DNA of 64,000 nucleotides from NCBI GenBank assembly GCA_017962845.1, contig JAGCUN010000024.1, positions 23,298 through 87,297 on the forward strand. The letters run 5' to 3'. Shown here piece after piece: positions 30,301-39,093 of this stretch. Under the pieces are notes generated by a model. The model was not told the DNA's origin, did no database searches, and saw only the letters and a program-made list of their open reading frames with translations. The translations under genes and the position numbers were made by a program. The DNA is from Bacteroidales bacterium (GTDB lineage: Bacteria > Bacteroidota > Bacteroidia > Bacteroidales > WCHB1-69). Numbering within the stretch: position 1 is the stretch's first letter; the number at the start of each line of letters is the position of its first letter.

Positions 30301-31165
30301 CAAAGAGTTTGAGGTCCAGAAGAATATCCTTTTCAAGGGGAATGTCACGGTGGCCGACGGGCGGTTCGGTTTTTCGTTCATCCTGCCCAAAGACATCAAC
30401 TATGCCTACGGCAATGGCAAGCTGAGCTATTATGCTTGCAGCCGCGAGGCCGATGCTACTGGCGCGTACCGCGAGGTGCTGATTGGCGGCATGAGCGACG
30501 AGAGCATCGACGACAACAACGGGCCGGAGATGGATCTCTACATGAACGACGAGAAGTTTGTGAACGGCGGTACGGTGAACTCCTCGCCCACGCTGCTGGT
30601 GAAGCTGAAAGACGAGTACGGCATCAACACCACGGGCAACGGCATCGGCCACGACCTGGTGGCGGTGCTTGACGACGGCAACCAGATTGTGCTCAATAAC
30701 TATTACGAGGCTGCCCGCGATAGTTTCAACTGTGGTACGGTGCGCTATCCCTTGGAGAATTTGGAGCTCGGCACGCACAAAGTGAAAGTGCGCGCTTGGG
30801 ACATCCTCAATAATGTGACCGAACGGGAGTTGGAGTTTGTGGTGGTGTCGGATGAGGGCTTGACGCTCGACCATGTGCTCAACTATCCCAATCCTTTCAC
30901 TACAAGAACTTCCTTCTACTTCGAGCATAATCGTCCGGGAGAGGTGTTGGATGTGATGGTGACGGTTTATACCATCTCGGGGAAGGTGGTGCGCACGCTC
31001 GAATCCACCCAGTGTACGCAGGGCTTCCGCAGCGACCCCATCGTGTGGGACGGTCTCGACGACTTCGGCGACAAGATCGGCAAGGGCACCTATCTGTACC
31101 GGCTGCGGGTGCGCACAGCAGGCGGCGAGCAGGCCGAAAAAATTGAGAAGATTGTGATTTTGTAA
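27350..31165 (+). CDS. porU: T9SS sortase PorU (C25 gingipain-like peptidase)
   Basis: 1271 aa. Signal peptide, a C25-like catalytic region (YVGHGG...WAHE; MTMTCEFGWYD), and the retained CTD LNYPNPFTTRTSFYFEH...GTYLYRLRV. Confidence 0.85.
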   Translation: MKKNPWVVLGIFSLILFQIIDIQAQKIQKNISIQWLTPISYQTDRDETLTFMVFRGSVEDAEFPVLPAYYDHFPVSADFAAYSVTASNAVYQPLSEEEKALVPKDFRRSEIEYKVTTVYEKMQPYAAVSFTPVRINGGRYEKLVSVSLSIEGRNVRKGGTPTRAYADHSVLRSGNWYRVTVFKTGVYKVTYNDLSALGVSLSHLSSDNISIFGNGGGMLPEANGNTRPDDLLELPIEMHDGGDHSFDAGDYFLFYAEGPHSWNLSSNQCAHQFNLYSTTASYFINVDAGVGQKLRVETEDNAALTPTTTVSTYTAYGFFEEDKYNFGEGGRNWVGDKFDVTTTRNYTLSLPSSPVGPLRLTVMGAATSARVSSFQVKVNNQFIGSVSVPATPTGYLAYYGDRTFNFTTSGGTTDVELIYNKPVSSSVGFLDYLEWQVDCQLRAGSGQTPFCNFQTVGTNAVTRYTVANCSSSTKVWDVSLINQTRNMAGTLSGGTFAFNAPTSTLRRFVAFSDNSCYSVTTVGRVNNQDLHGTSFADMIIVAHPDFLSQAERLADFRRSNDGLSVKVVTPQQVYNEFSSGEQDVCAIRDYMRMIYERTAAAQPQYLLLFGRPSYDYRGIEGDCKLYVPNFQCTSDAHEEHFKANDDFFGLLDANEGTNSMGPTIDVAVGRFPVSTSSQAKLAVDKTIEYASRGVLGENTPTSNFGDWKNVATFVADDEEGGGHLVTADAAARIADTTNQNLNIEKIYLDAYQQVTYSSSARYPEVTVDINNRMNKGCLLFTYVGHGGKNGWAHERIIELTDISRWANRYNQPWMMTMTCEFGWYDRSLVSPAEMAFLNSGGGVSGMITTSRVAFSGANHTYITNWFDNLFRNGLDAPLTIGECNRAAKNAGSGNISSFNMIYVMGDPAMKLAVPRYTVVTDSINGVAVADFTDTLKALSRVRISGHVEDAEGHLLPDFSGAVYPSVYDKKVISHTLQNDPGSTYKEFEVQKNILFKGNVTVADGRFGFSFILPKDINYAYGNGKLSYYACSREADATGAYREVLIGGMSDESIDDNNGPEMDLYMNDEKFVNGGTVNSSPTLLVKLKDEYGINTTGNGIGHDLVAVLDDGNQIVLNNYYEAARDSFNCGTVRYPLENLELGTHKVKVRAWDILNNVTERELEFVVVSDEGLTLDHVLNYPNPFTTRTSFYFEHNRPGEVLDVMVTVYTISGKVVRTLESTQCTQGFRSDPIVWDGLDDFGDKIGKGTYLYRLRVRTAGGEQAEKIEKIVIL

Positions 31166-31247
31166 AAAATTATCATCTTTTCAAAATAATATGAAAGTTT
31201 TTACGTTAAAGGGTTGCGAAATTTTTATCCAATCTAAAATAATAACA

Positions 31248-32495
31248 ATGAAAAAAATCCTTGTAGTTGCTGTTGGCATTCTGTTTTTCTCGATTCCTTC
31301 TCTAAAAGCTCAAGTTAATCCTAATATCCTTAATGGCCAAGAACTCAATACTATCACGACGGCCGTTCCCTTCCTGACGATTTCTCCCGACTCCAGAGGC
31401 GGTGCTATGGGTGATATGGGCGTGGCCACATCCGCCGATGCCAATTCACAACATCACAACCCTTCCAAATATGTATTCAGCCAGAACCGATTCGGTATCT
31501 CATTCTCATACAGTCCTTGGTTGCGTAAGTTGGTGAACGACATTAACTTGCTTTATCTTTCCACCTATTTTAAAGTGACTGAAAATGACGCGTTGTCGTT
31601 CTCACTTCGCTACTTCTCATTGGGTGATATCAATTTTACCGACAATGATGGTAACGACATGGGCAGCCAGAAACCGAACGAGTTTGCCATCGACCTCGGC
31701 TACTCCAGAAAGCTGATTGATGAGCTTTCCATCGCCATCACCCCGCGTTTCATCTACTCCAACCTGACGGCAGGTCAGTATGTGGAAGGTGTGGAGACCA
31801 ACGCCGGTTTGGCGGGTGCCGCCGACGTTTCCTTGTTCTACCAGCAGGATTTCGGTTTCAAAAGTAACAACAAGATGAACAGCACCTTGCGTGCCGGTTT
31901 GAATATCTCCAACATTGGTAACAAGATGTCCTACTCATCAGGAACATTGCGCCGCGACTTCCTGCCCACCAACCTCAAATTGGGTGTGAGCTACACGGTT
32001 CAGTTCGACGAGTACAACAGCTTGATGGCCGGCGTGGAATGCAACAAATTACTGGTGCCCACCAACCCGGTATATCAGACCGATAGCACCGGACATATTG
32101 TGTACGATGCTGCCAACAAGCCGATCATTGCAGCAGGTAAAGATCCCGATGTGTCTGTGGCACAGGGTATTTTCCAGTCCTTTGGTGATGCTCCCGCAGG
32201 TTCGAAAGAGGAGTTTCACGAGGTGAACTGGGCTGTGGGGTTGGAGTACTGCTATCGTGACCTCTTGTTTGTGCGTGCCGGTTATTTCTACGAGCACCCC
32301 ACCAAGGGCAACCGCCAGTTCATCACGGTGGGCGCAGGCCTCCATTACAGCATCTTCGCATTGGATGTCGCCTATCTGTTCACCGTTGATCAGCACCATC
32401 CGCTGGAGAATACCCTCCGTTTCACCCTCTCCTTCGACCTCAAGTCGTTCGACAAGCAGGATATCAAGACTCAGGGTCGTCTCAACAAAAACTAA
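31248..32495 (+). CDS. porV: T9SS outer-membrane shuttle protein PorV (LptO)
   Basis: Signal peptide MKKILVVAVGILFFSIPSLKAQ. Hallmark TTAVPFLTISPDSRGGAMGDMGVATS and a beta-barrel repeat pattern. Immediately downstream of porU. Confidence 0.85.
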   Translation: MKKILVVAVGILFFSIPSLKAQVNPNILNGQELNTITTAVPFLTISPDSRGGAMGDMGVATSADANSQHHNPSKYVFSQNRFGISFSYSPWLRKLVNDINLLYLSTYFKVTENDALSFSLRYFSLGDINFTDNDGNDMGSQKPNEFAIDLGYSRKLIDELSIAITPRFIYSNLTAGQYVEGVETNAGLAGAADVSLFYQQDFGFKSNNKMNSTLRAGLNISNIGNKMSYSSGTLRRDFLPTNLKLGVSYTVQFDEYNSLMAGVECNKLLVPTNPVYQTDSTGHIVYDAANKPIIAAGKDPDVSVAQGIFQSFGDAPAGSKEEFHEVNWAVGLEYCYRDLLFVRAGYFYEHPTKGNRQFITVGAGLHYSIFALDVAYLFTVDQHHPLENTLRFTLSFDLKSFDKQDIKTQGRLNKN

Positions 32496-32516
32496 TCGGC
32501 CAACGGCTTTCCGCTG

Positions 32517-32996
32517 ATGGGAGATTTCCGTGTAGGATTCGGCTATGACTCGCACCGTCTGGAGGCGGGTTTGAAGCTCCGTTTGGGCGGCGTTGACATC
32601 GCCTCCGACCGAGGCTGTGTGGCGCACTCAGACGGCGACGCGGTGATTCATGCGCTGTGCGATGCCCTGTTAGGGGCGGCGGCCTTGGGCGACATCGGCA
32701 CCCATTTTCCTGATAATGACATGGCTTTCAAGGGCATTGATAGTACGGTGCTGTTGCGGCGCACCGTGGAACTGTTGCACCAAAAGGGCTGGCAGGTACA
32801 TAATGCCGATGTGACCATCGTGCTGGAACGCCCCAAGTTGGTAGATTATAAACCGCTGATGCAAAAGTGCTTGGCCGAATTGTTGCAGATTCCTGTTGGT
32901 GCGATGTCGGTGAAGGCGAAAAGCAACGAGGGGATGGGCTTCACGGGACATGGCGAAGGAGTGGCCGTGATGGCCGCCGTGACGGTGGTGAAATAA
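32517..32996 (+). CDS. ispF: 2-C-methyl-D-erythritol 2,4-cyclodiphosphate synthase
   Basis: FRVGFGYDSHRL, HSDGDAVIHALCDALLGA, GDIGTHFP. Confidence 0.9.
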   Translation: MGDFRVGFGYDSHRLEAGLKLRLGGVDIASDRGCVAHSDGDAVIHALCDALLGAAALGDIGTHFPDNDMAFKGIDSTVLLRRTVELLHQKGWQVHNADVTIVLERPKLVDYKPLMQKCLAELLQIPVGAMSVKAKSNEGMGFTGHGEGVAVMAAVTVVK

Positions 32997-33017
32997 AGTA
33001 CCTCATAATTTCATATT

Positions 33018-33998
33018 ATGCTTACACCTTTAAAATTCAGACCTCAATATTTTGAAAAAATTTGGGGTGGACAGAAGTTGCACACAATATTGGGTAAAGA
33101 TTTCGGCTCGTTGGCCAACTGTGGCGAGAGCTGGGAGCTGTCGGGCATTGCCGGCAAGGAGTCGGAGGTGGCGGCGGGCGTCCCGCTGGAGGGCAACACT
33201 CTGTCGGAGTTGGTGGAGGTGTACATGGGCGACTTGGTAGGAGAAAAAGTGTACGATACTTTCGGCAACGACTTTCCGTTGTTGGTAAAATTTATTGATG
33301 CCCAGGAGGTTCTGTCGGTACAGGTGCACCCTGACGATGCGTTGGCGCAGCGGCGGTACGGCACGAATGGCAAGACCGAGATGTGGTATGTGCTGCAGGC
33401 CGATGCGGGCGGCGGACTCTATGTGGGGTTCAAGAAAGGGGTGACGAAGGAGGATTACCAGCGCGCGTTGGCTGTGGGCGGGGTGGAGCAGTTGCTGGAG
33501 TTCTATCCGGTGACGGCGGGCGATGTGTTTTTCATCCCGGCGGGCACGGTACATGCCATCGGCAAGGGCGTGCTGCTGGCCGAGGTGCAGCAGTCGTCAG
33601 ACTGCACCTACCGCGTGTTCGACTGGAACCGAGTGGATGCCGCCGGCAAGCCCCGCGAGCTGCATGTGGCGGATGCGCTGGAGGCCCTGCATTTTGGCGA
33701 TGACACCGAATACCACATCCGCTATATCCCCACGTTGAATCACTCCGTCCCGGTGATTCGTTGCAACCAGTTCAATATCAACCTGCTCCATTTTACACAG
33801 CCGCTCGAAAAGGTATATGCGGGCATCGACTCCTTCATCATTTACATCTGTACAGAAGGACGTGTGGTGCTGATCGATGAGGGGAAAGAGTATCTGCTCA
33901 ACAAGGGCGAGGTGATGCTCGTGCCAGCCATTTCCACTGAGGTACAGCTGCTTCCGTTGGAGGAAAGCACGCTGATGGAGGTGTATTTGGGGAATTGA
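33018..33998 (+). CDS. manA: class I mannose-6-phosphate isomerase (cupin)
   Basis: 326 aa. KIWGG, ESWE.SG, LLVKFIDA...LSVQVHPDD, KTEMWYVL, GTVHAIG. Confidence 0.7.
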   Translation: MLTPLKFRPQYFEKIWGGQKLHTILGKDFGSLANCGESWELSGIAGKESEVAAGVPLEGNTLSELVEVYMGDLVGEKVYDTFGNDFPLLVKFIDAQEVLSVQVHPDDALAQRRYGTNGKTEMWYVLQADAGGGLYVGFKKGVTKEDYQRALAVGGVEQLLEFYPVTAGDVFFIPAGTVHAIGKGVLLAEVQQSSDCTYRVFDWNRVDAAGKPRELHVADALEALHFGDDTEYHIRYIPTLNHSVPVIRCNQFNINLLHFTQPLEKVYAGIDSFIIYICTEGRVVLIDEGKEYLLNKGEVMLVPAISTEVQLLPLEESTLMEVYLGN

Positions 33999-34045
33999 AA
34001 ATTGAGAATTGAAAATTGAAAGGTGAAAGGTTAAAACGGAAGGAA
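33989..34045 (+). repeat. array A of imperfect GARAAYT heptamers (8 units)
   Basis: G GGGAATT GAAAATT GAGAATT GAAAATT GAAAGGT GAAAGGT TAAAACG GAAGGAA, in strict 7-nt phase. The manA stop TGA (33996-33998) lies inside it. Confidence 0.8.
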
Positions 34046-34251
34046 GCACCTTCCAAATTTTCATTTATCCCTTCACATAAATTCATTTATTCCCTCACAA
34101 GCCCTATCGTTTTTTTTTGTGTGTTTTATAAAAAATTGAATACCAATTTATTATAAATCCTCGCAACAGCTTCAATACAGTAGTTTGTCACATTCTTCCT
34201 ATAGGGGTTCACATTTTGGGGTGTGAATGAATAAATATTGAAAAATAGTTG

Positions 34252-34259
34252 TATTTTTG
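34252..34259 (+). promoter_or_regulatory. -7 box TATTTTTG for the 34299 CDS
   Basis: GTTGTATTTTTGCCCGC, 40 nt upstream of the ATG. Confidence 0.45.
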
Positions 34260-34298
34260 CCCGCATTTGTAAATTGAATTCACCAACATTCCCATGAT

Positions 34299-37200
34299 AT
34301 GAAAAAAGTATTATTTTTTTGGAGTTTGCTGCTGTTCACGCTCGTATCGGTTGCTTCACAATCACGACATACAACGATTGGTATGGGTGATGGCACATCT
34401 TATTCATGTATTTTCTCTTGCGAACGCGCTTTTGCTGAGCGTGTTATTCGTGACGAAGAGAGTGATACAACGGAAACAAATTGTGATCCAGTGCCAGCCA
34501 GCGGCTTTAGTGAGGATTTCAGCGGTTATACTGCCGCAAATTACACATACACCAGCGATGGAATACTGCCTCCATGCTGGGATGTGATAGGAACGACCAA
34601 CGAGTATCGTCCTCATATTTTCAGAGGATTTACTGAACCTTACAACAATTGTCTCGTGATGTCTTCAGGCAGCAATTACCATGGAGGTCCCACCAATATT
34701 GTGGTAATGCCCCTTCTGGATGATCTTTCCGGGAAGCAGGTGTCGTTTGCCACATCTATGAATTCGATGGATAGGGGCGGGCTTACTGTCGGTTATGTTA
34801 CTGATCTTAATGCTGGCAGTTTTGTTGCGTTGGAGGAAATTCCGTATAATTCTTGTAATGAGGTTGTTCCTTACGTGTATCACGAAGTGGATGTCAGCGG
34901 TGTTCCGACGGGGGCACGCATTGCTTTCAAATGGGATAAACTGAATAATGTCAGTTGTCTTTGTACGTTGGACGACATCGTTATTGAGGACTTGTCCACT
35001 TGCCAGAAGCCATCTGATGTGACCGTTTCGGATGTGACTATTCATTCTGCAAGCATCAGCTGGACAGACAATAATGAGACGCCTCCACCGTTTTGGACAC
35101 TCAGCTTGAATGGAATGGACACCATCGTTGAGGCTACCTCTATCACCTTTAACAACCTTGCTGCCGGTACCATTTACGGGGCAAAAGTGAAGGCCAACTG
35201 TACAGAAGAGGAGTCACATTGGAGTACGGAGGTGTATTTCATTACGGATTGTGATATACAGGTTGCCGAGGGTTATACGGAAGATTTCAGTGGTTATGTT
35301 TATACAAATAGCTCTGCAGAGTGTGTGTCGTTCAGCAGGTTTCTTCCTTGTTGGGATAACATCTATACGGGAACAGTTGATTGCAGGCCTCATGTTGACA
35401 AAGACGAAAACGATGACATCTATTTGCTACTCATCAGCGGAGAAGTGGCGGAATTTGGGGCTGTCAGCTATGCCATCATGCCTGAATTTGACAATGTTGA
35501 CAGCATGGAGCTTTCCTTTTATTATAGAATGTGGAATGTTTCTCGTGGAAGATTGACAGTGGGGTATATCAGTGATATTCATGATGCCGCTACTTTTGTG
35601 GCTTTGGGGGCCGTGCCAAGCAGCACTTCTGACCGCATATATCGTGACACGCTGATGAATGTTCCTGCCGGTGTACGTCTGGCGTTCAAGTGGGATTGTA
35701 CAGGATGCACATGGGATTATGGTTGTTGCATTGATGACATCCATCTTACATTTGCCGCTTGTGATGCACCGACGGATGTGAGTGTGAATCGTGATGTACT
35801 AACTTGGAATGGCACTGCCGCCAACTACGAAATAATGATTATGGTAGGGCAGGATACGGTGGTGGATACCATCGTTAATGCTAATAGTTACGTGATTACT
35901 GGATTAAATGATGATGATTATGCCACTGTTAGAGTTCGGTCTATATGTTTTGATGGTTATATTTCTGAATGGAGCGAGGCTGTGGCTTTTTATGCCGCGC
36001 CTTGCGCTCCCGCCCCATGGTGTGTGGACAATAACGGCATTGTCAATGTCACCTTTGGACAGACTGAAATTGTGAACAATAACACCCACCCCAGTTCTGA
36101 GCCTTTCTATGGGGAATACACGTCGCAGGTGGGCAACGGTGCCGCTGGAACGTATGTGCCGATGAGCATCACATACGCTACAGGATATACATACGGCACC
36201 ATCATCTGGGTGAACTGGAATCAGGATTTGGAGTTTACCGATGACGAAGTGGTTTATACTGGCACTTCCACCAATGACAACCCTACCACATTGTCCTGTA
36301 CTTTTTTTATTCCTCCCGGTACGCCTGTCGGCAATTACCGTATGCGTATAGGAGGGTCGGATTCCGGATTTGACAATGTTATTAGCAATGGTTACGGATA
36401 CAATCCCTGTTTGACCGCAGCTTTTACCATTTATGAAGATTACACCCTTTCTGTAACAGAGATGCCCTCCTGTCTTCTTCCTATTGATGTAACGGTTTCG
36501 GATGTCACAGGGAATTCTGCCACGTTTAGTTGGACCGACAATAATGAGACGGCACCTGAGAGCTGGACGGTTAATATCAATGGTGTGGATACCAATGTCA
36601 CCGATAACCCTGTGACATTCTATAACTTAACCGACAATACCACCTATACTGTGAGGGTGAGGGCTAACTGCTCCGCAACAGATTACTCTGATTGGAGTTT
36701 GCCCACTACCTTCACCATCCCGTGTTACCCTATCTCTGCTGAGAATTACAGTGAGGACTTCAATTCTTATTATGCCACTACAGATGAACTTGCCGTTGGC
36801 GTTTTGCCCGACTGTTGGCAATATATCTGTTCGAGTTCATACGATGTGGCGAAACCGCATATCTATAGTGGACACTCTTCTGTTACAGATTCTGACAACA
36901 GCCTTTTGCTTATTGCAGGGCACGATATGGACTTCTATTATTTTTATGGTGAAGCTAACTATGCGCTTATGCCAGTGTTTGAAGATTTAACTGGCAAACA
37001 AGTGACTTTTAGAATGAAAATGTCCTCCACAGCTGGGATATTGACGGTTGGCTATGTAACAGATGCTGGGTCTGCCTTGTCCTTCACTGCATTGAGAACC
37101 TTCTCCAGTGTTACTGTTGCCGATACTTTTTCCGTGGTGGTGAATAGTGTTCTGGCCGATGCCCGTATTGCGTTCTGTTGGAGCAGTAATGCTCCATACA

Positions 37201-38999
37201 GTGGATGCTATTACTGTTCTATTGATGACGTAGTAATAGAGGATATGCCTTCCTGCGTAACCCCCTTTGATATTACAGTGACGAATATCACGGCCACTTC
37301 AGCTGTGATTGGTTGGACTGATGTCAATTTGACCACCCCCGAAATGGGATGGACGGTTAGATTGAATGGAATTGACACGTTGGTGTCGGAGGTGCCCTTT
37401 GTTGTGAACAACCTAATTGCTGCTTCATACAATACGGTTAGTGTGAGGTCAAACTGTGACGCAGACAATGCGTCAGGGTGGAGTCCGGAAGTGCATTTTT
37501 ACACTGCCTGTGGTGTTGTTGTAGTCTCTGACACTCATCCCTTTGAGGAGGATTTCAATGACATTACTGCTGGCATTCCCTATTGTTGGGATAATCCTGA
37601 GATTACAGGTACGACAGGAGGTAATCCATGGGGGTATAGTGCTTCTGGTGTTACAGGTGGCTGTGCGCGATTTAATTCAGGGAATAATGTTGTTGGATAC
37701 TACAATGTGCTGGAAACCCCTGTGCTGGATATTGCCGAATTGGACAGACCTACACTTTCTTTCCAGTATAAGAATCCTACTGGCGGTGATTTCGATGTTC
37801 TGGTTTCTACAGATGGTGGTGGTACTTACACTACATTAGCCACAGGACTGACGGGCGTGATGAACTGGACACGGATGACAATCCAACTGGCTAATCTGGA
37901 ATCCTATGATCAGGTGGTCATCGGGTTCTGGGGCATTGGAAATTTTGGAATGTTTGATCCTTTTGGTGATAATGATCCGTATATCGATCTGGATAATGTC
38001 TTGGTTGCGGAATGCCCTTCCTGTATGTATCCTTCTGACATAGAGATTAGCAATGTGACTACCAATGCTGCTACGATTGATTGGACTGATCACAACGCTG
38101 GTGTTCCGCAGAGCTGGACCATCAGTCTGAACGGAGCAGACACTGTGGTCACTATGCATCCGTTCACTATAGACAACCTTGTTGCAGGCACCATTTACAC
38201 CGCTATGGTGAGAGCCAATTGTTTCGATGATGACGAGTCGGTATGGTCTGATGGCGTGTCGTTCCATACAGCTTGCGACCTCATTGTGGTTACGGCTGAC
38301 AACCCTTATCAGGATGGTTTTGAAAACCAGGGTATCTGTTGGGATATTGAACCGATTGTTGGAGGAGAGGAATTCCAATGGAGGATAGGAGAAAACGCAA
38401 TCTATGCTCATGATGGCGACTATTTTGCTGTGGGTTCGTATGAACCGGGTGCGGAATCCCGTTTGGTTTCCCCTGTCTTTGATGTGACACAGATTGAACC
38501 TGTTCTCATGTTCCAACATAAGCAGGCGTTGTTCGATCTTGTTGCTGCCGATGAAATGGGGGTTTACTACAGAACCGCCCCAATGGAAGAATGGATACAA
38601 CTGGCATCTTATACTACCGAGTTCGATGAATATACACAGGAAACCATCAGTTTGCCGAATCCCAGTGCCACCTACCAGATTTCATTTGTGTCTGTTGGGC
38701 ACGATGGTTATTATGTTTTTTTGGATGATATCAGCATCTCCGACATCTGTTCCGTACCGGCGAATGCGGCGATTCGAGCCAAAGTTTTTCCGAACCCGAC
38801 TACTGGTAGGGTGACCGTTGAGAGCAACGCTGTCAATGCTGACATCACTGTGTACGACATGTTCGGTAGGATAGTGATGGCCTCGAAGGTCGTTTCTGAG
38901 CGCACGGTGCTTGATTTCAAAGGATATGCGCAGGGACTCTATATCATTCGTATTTCAGACCACCAATCGTGTGTGAATATTAAAGTGGTCAAGGAATAA
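34299..38999 (+). CDS. giant modular T9SS cargo protein, third member of the 5862/9746 family
   Basis: 1566 aa. Signal peptide, several Cys-bracketed Fn3-like modules (e.g. 35001-35252) alternating with CW-motif modules, and the type A CTD FPNPTTGRVTVESNAVNADITVYDMFGRIVMASKV...GLYIIRI...NIKVVKE. Confidence 0.85.
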   Translation: MKKVLFFWSLLLFTLVSVASQSRHTTIGMGDGTSYSCIFSCERAFAERVIRDEESDTTETNCDPVPASGFSEDFSGYTAANYTYTSDGILPPCWDVIGTTNEYRPHIFRGFTEPYNNCLVMSSGSNYHGGPTNIVVMPLLDDLSGKQVSFATSMNSMDRGGLTVGYVTDLNAGSFVALEEIPYNSCNEVVPYVYHEVDVSGVPTGARIAFKWDKLNNVSCLCTLDDIVIEDLSTCQKPSDVTVSDVTIHSASISWTDNNETPPPFWTLSLNGMDTIVEATSITFNNLAAGTIYGAKVKANCTEEESHWSTEVYFITDCDIQVAEGYTEDFSGYVYTNSSAECVSFSRFLPCWDNIYTGTVDCRPHVDKDENDDIYLLLISGEVAEFGAVSYAIMPEFDNVDSMELSFYYRMWNVSRGRLTVGYISDIHDAATFVALGAVPSSTSDRIYRDTLMNVPAGVRLAFKWDCTGCTWDYGCCIDDIHLTFAACDAPTDVSVNRDVLTWNGTAANYEIMIMVGQDTVVDTIVNANSYVITGLNDDDYATVRVRSICFDGYISEWSEAVAFYAAPCAPAPWCVDNNGIVNVTFGQTEIVNNNTHPSSEPFYGEYTSQVGNGAAGTYVPMSITYATGYTYGTIIWVNWNQDLEFTDDEVVYTGTSTNDNPTTLSCTFFIPPGTPVGNYRMRIGGSDSGFDNVISNGYGYNPCLTAAFTIYEDYTLSVTEMPSCLLPIDVTVSDVTGNSATFSWTDNNETAPESWTVNINGVDTNVTDNPVTFYNLTDNTTYTVRVRANCSATDYSDWSLPTTFTIPCYPISAENYSEDFNSYYATTDELAVGVLPDCWQYICSSSYDVAKPHIYSGHSSVTDSDNSLLLIAGHDMDFYYFYGEANYALMPVFEDLTGKQVTFRMKMSSTAGILTVGYVTDAGSALSFTALRTFSSVTVADTFSVVVNSVLADARIAFCWSSNAPYSGCYYCSIDDVVIEDMPSCVTPFDITVTNITATSAVIGWTDVNLTTPEMGWTVRLNGIDTLVSEVPFVVNNLIAASYNTVSVRSNCDADNASGWSPEVHFYTACGVVVVSDTHPFEEDFNDITAGIPYCWDNPEITGTTGGNPWGYSASGVTGGCARFNSGNNVVGYYNVLETPVLDIAELDRPTLSFQYKNPTGGDFDVLVSTDGGGTYTTLATGLTGVMNWTRMTIQLANLESYDQVVIGFWGIGNFGMFDPFGDNDPYIDLDNVLVAECPSCMYPSDIEISNVTTNAATIDWTDHNAGVPQSWTISLNGADTVVTMHPFTIDNLVAGTIYTAMVRANCFDDDESVWSDGVSFHTACDLIVVTADNPYQDGFENQGICWDIEPIVGGEEFQWRIGENAIYAHDGDYFAVGSYEPGAESRLVSPVFDVTQIEPVLMFQHKQALFDLVAADEMGVYYRTAPMEEWIQLASYTTEFDEYTQETISLPNPSATYQISFVSVGHDGYYVFLDDISISDICSVPANAAIRAKVFPNPTTGRVTVESNAVNADITVYDMFGRIVMASKVVSERTVLDFKGYAQGLYIIRISDHQSCVNIKVVKE

Positions 39000-39093
39000 C
39001 ATTTTTTTGAATTTTTTAAGCAACATTTTTGTCATTTTATTGTATAAAAACTAAATATCCTTCCGTAAAAGAGGAAGAAAAATGGTTGAAAAA

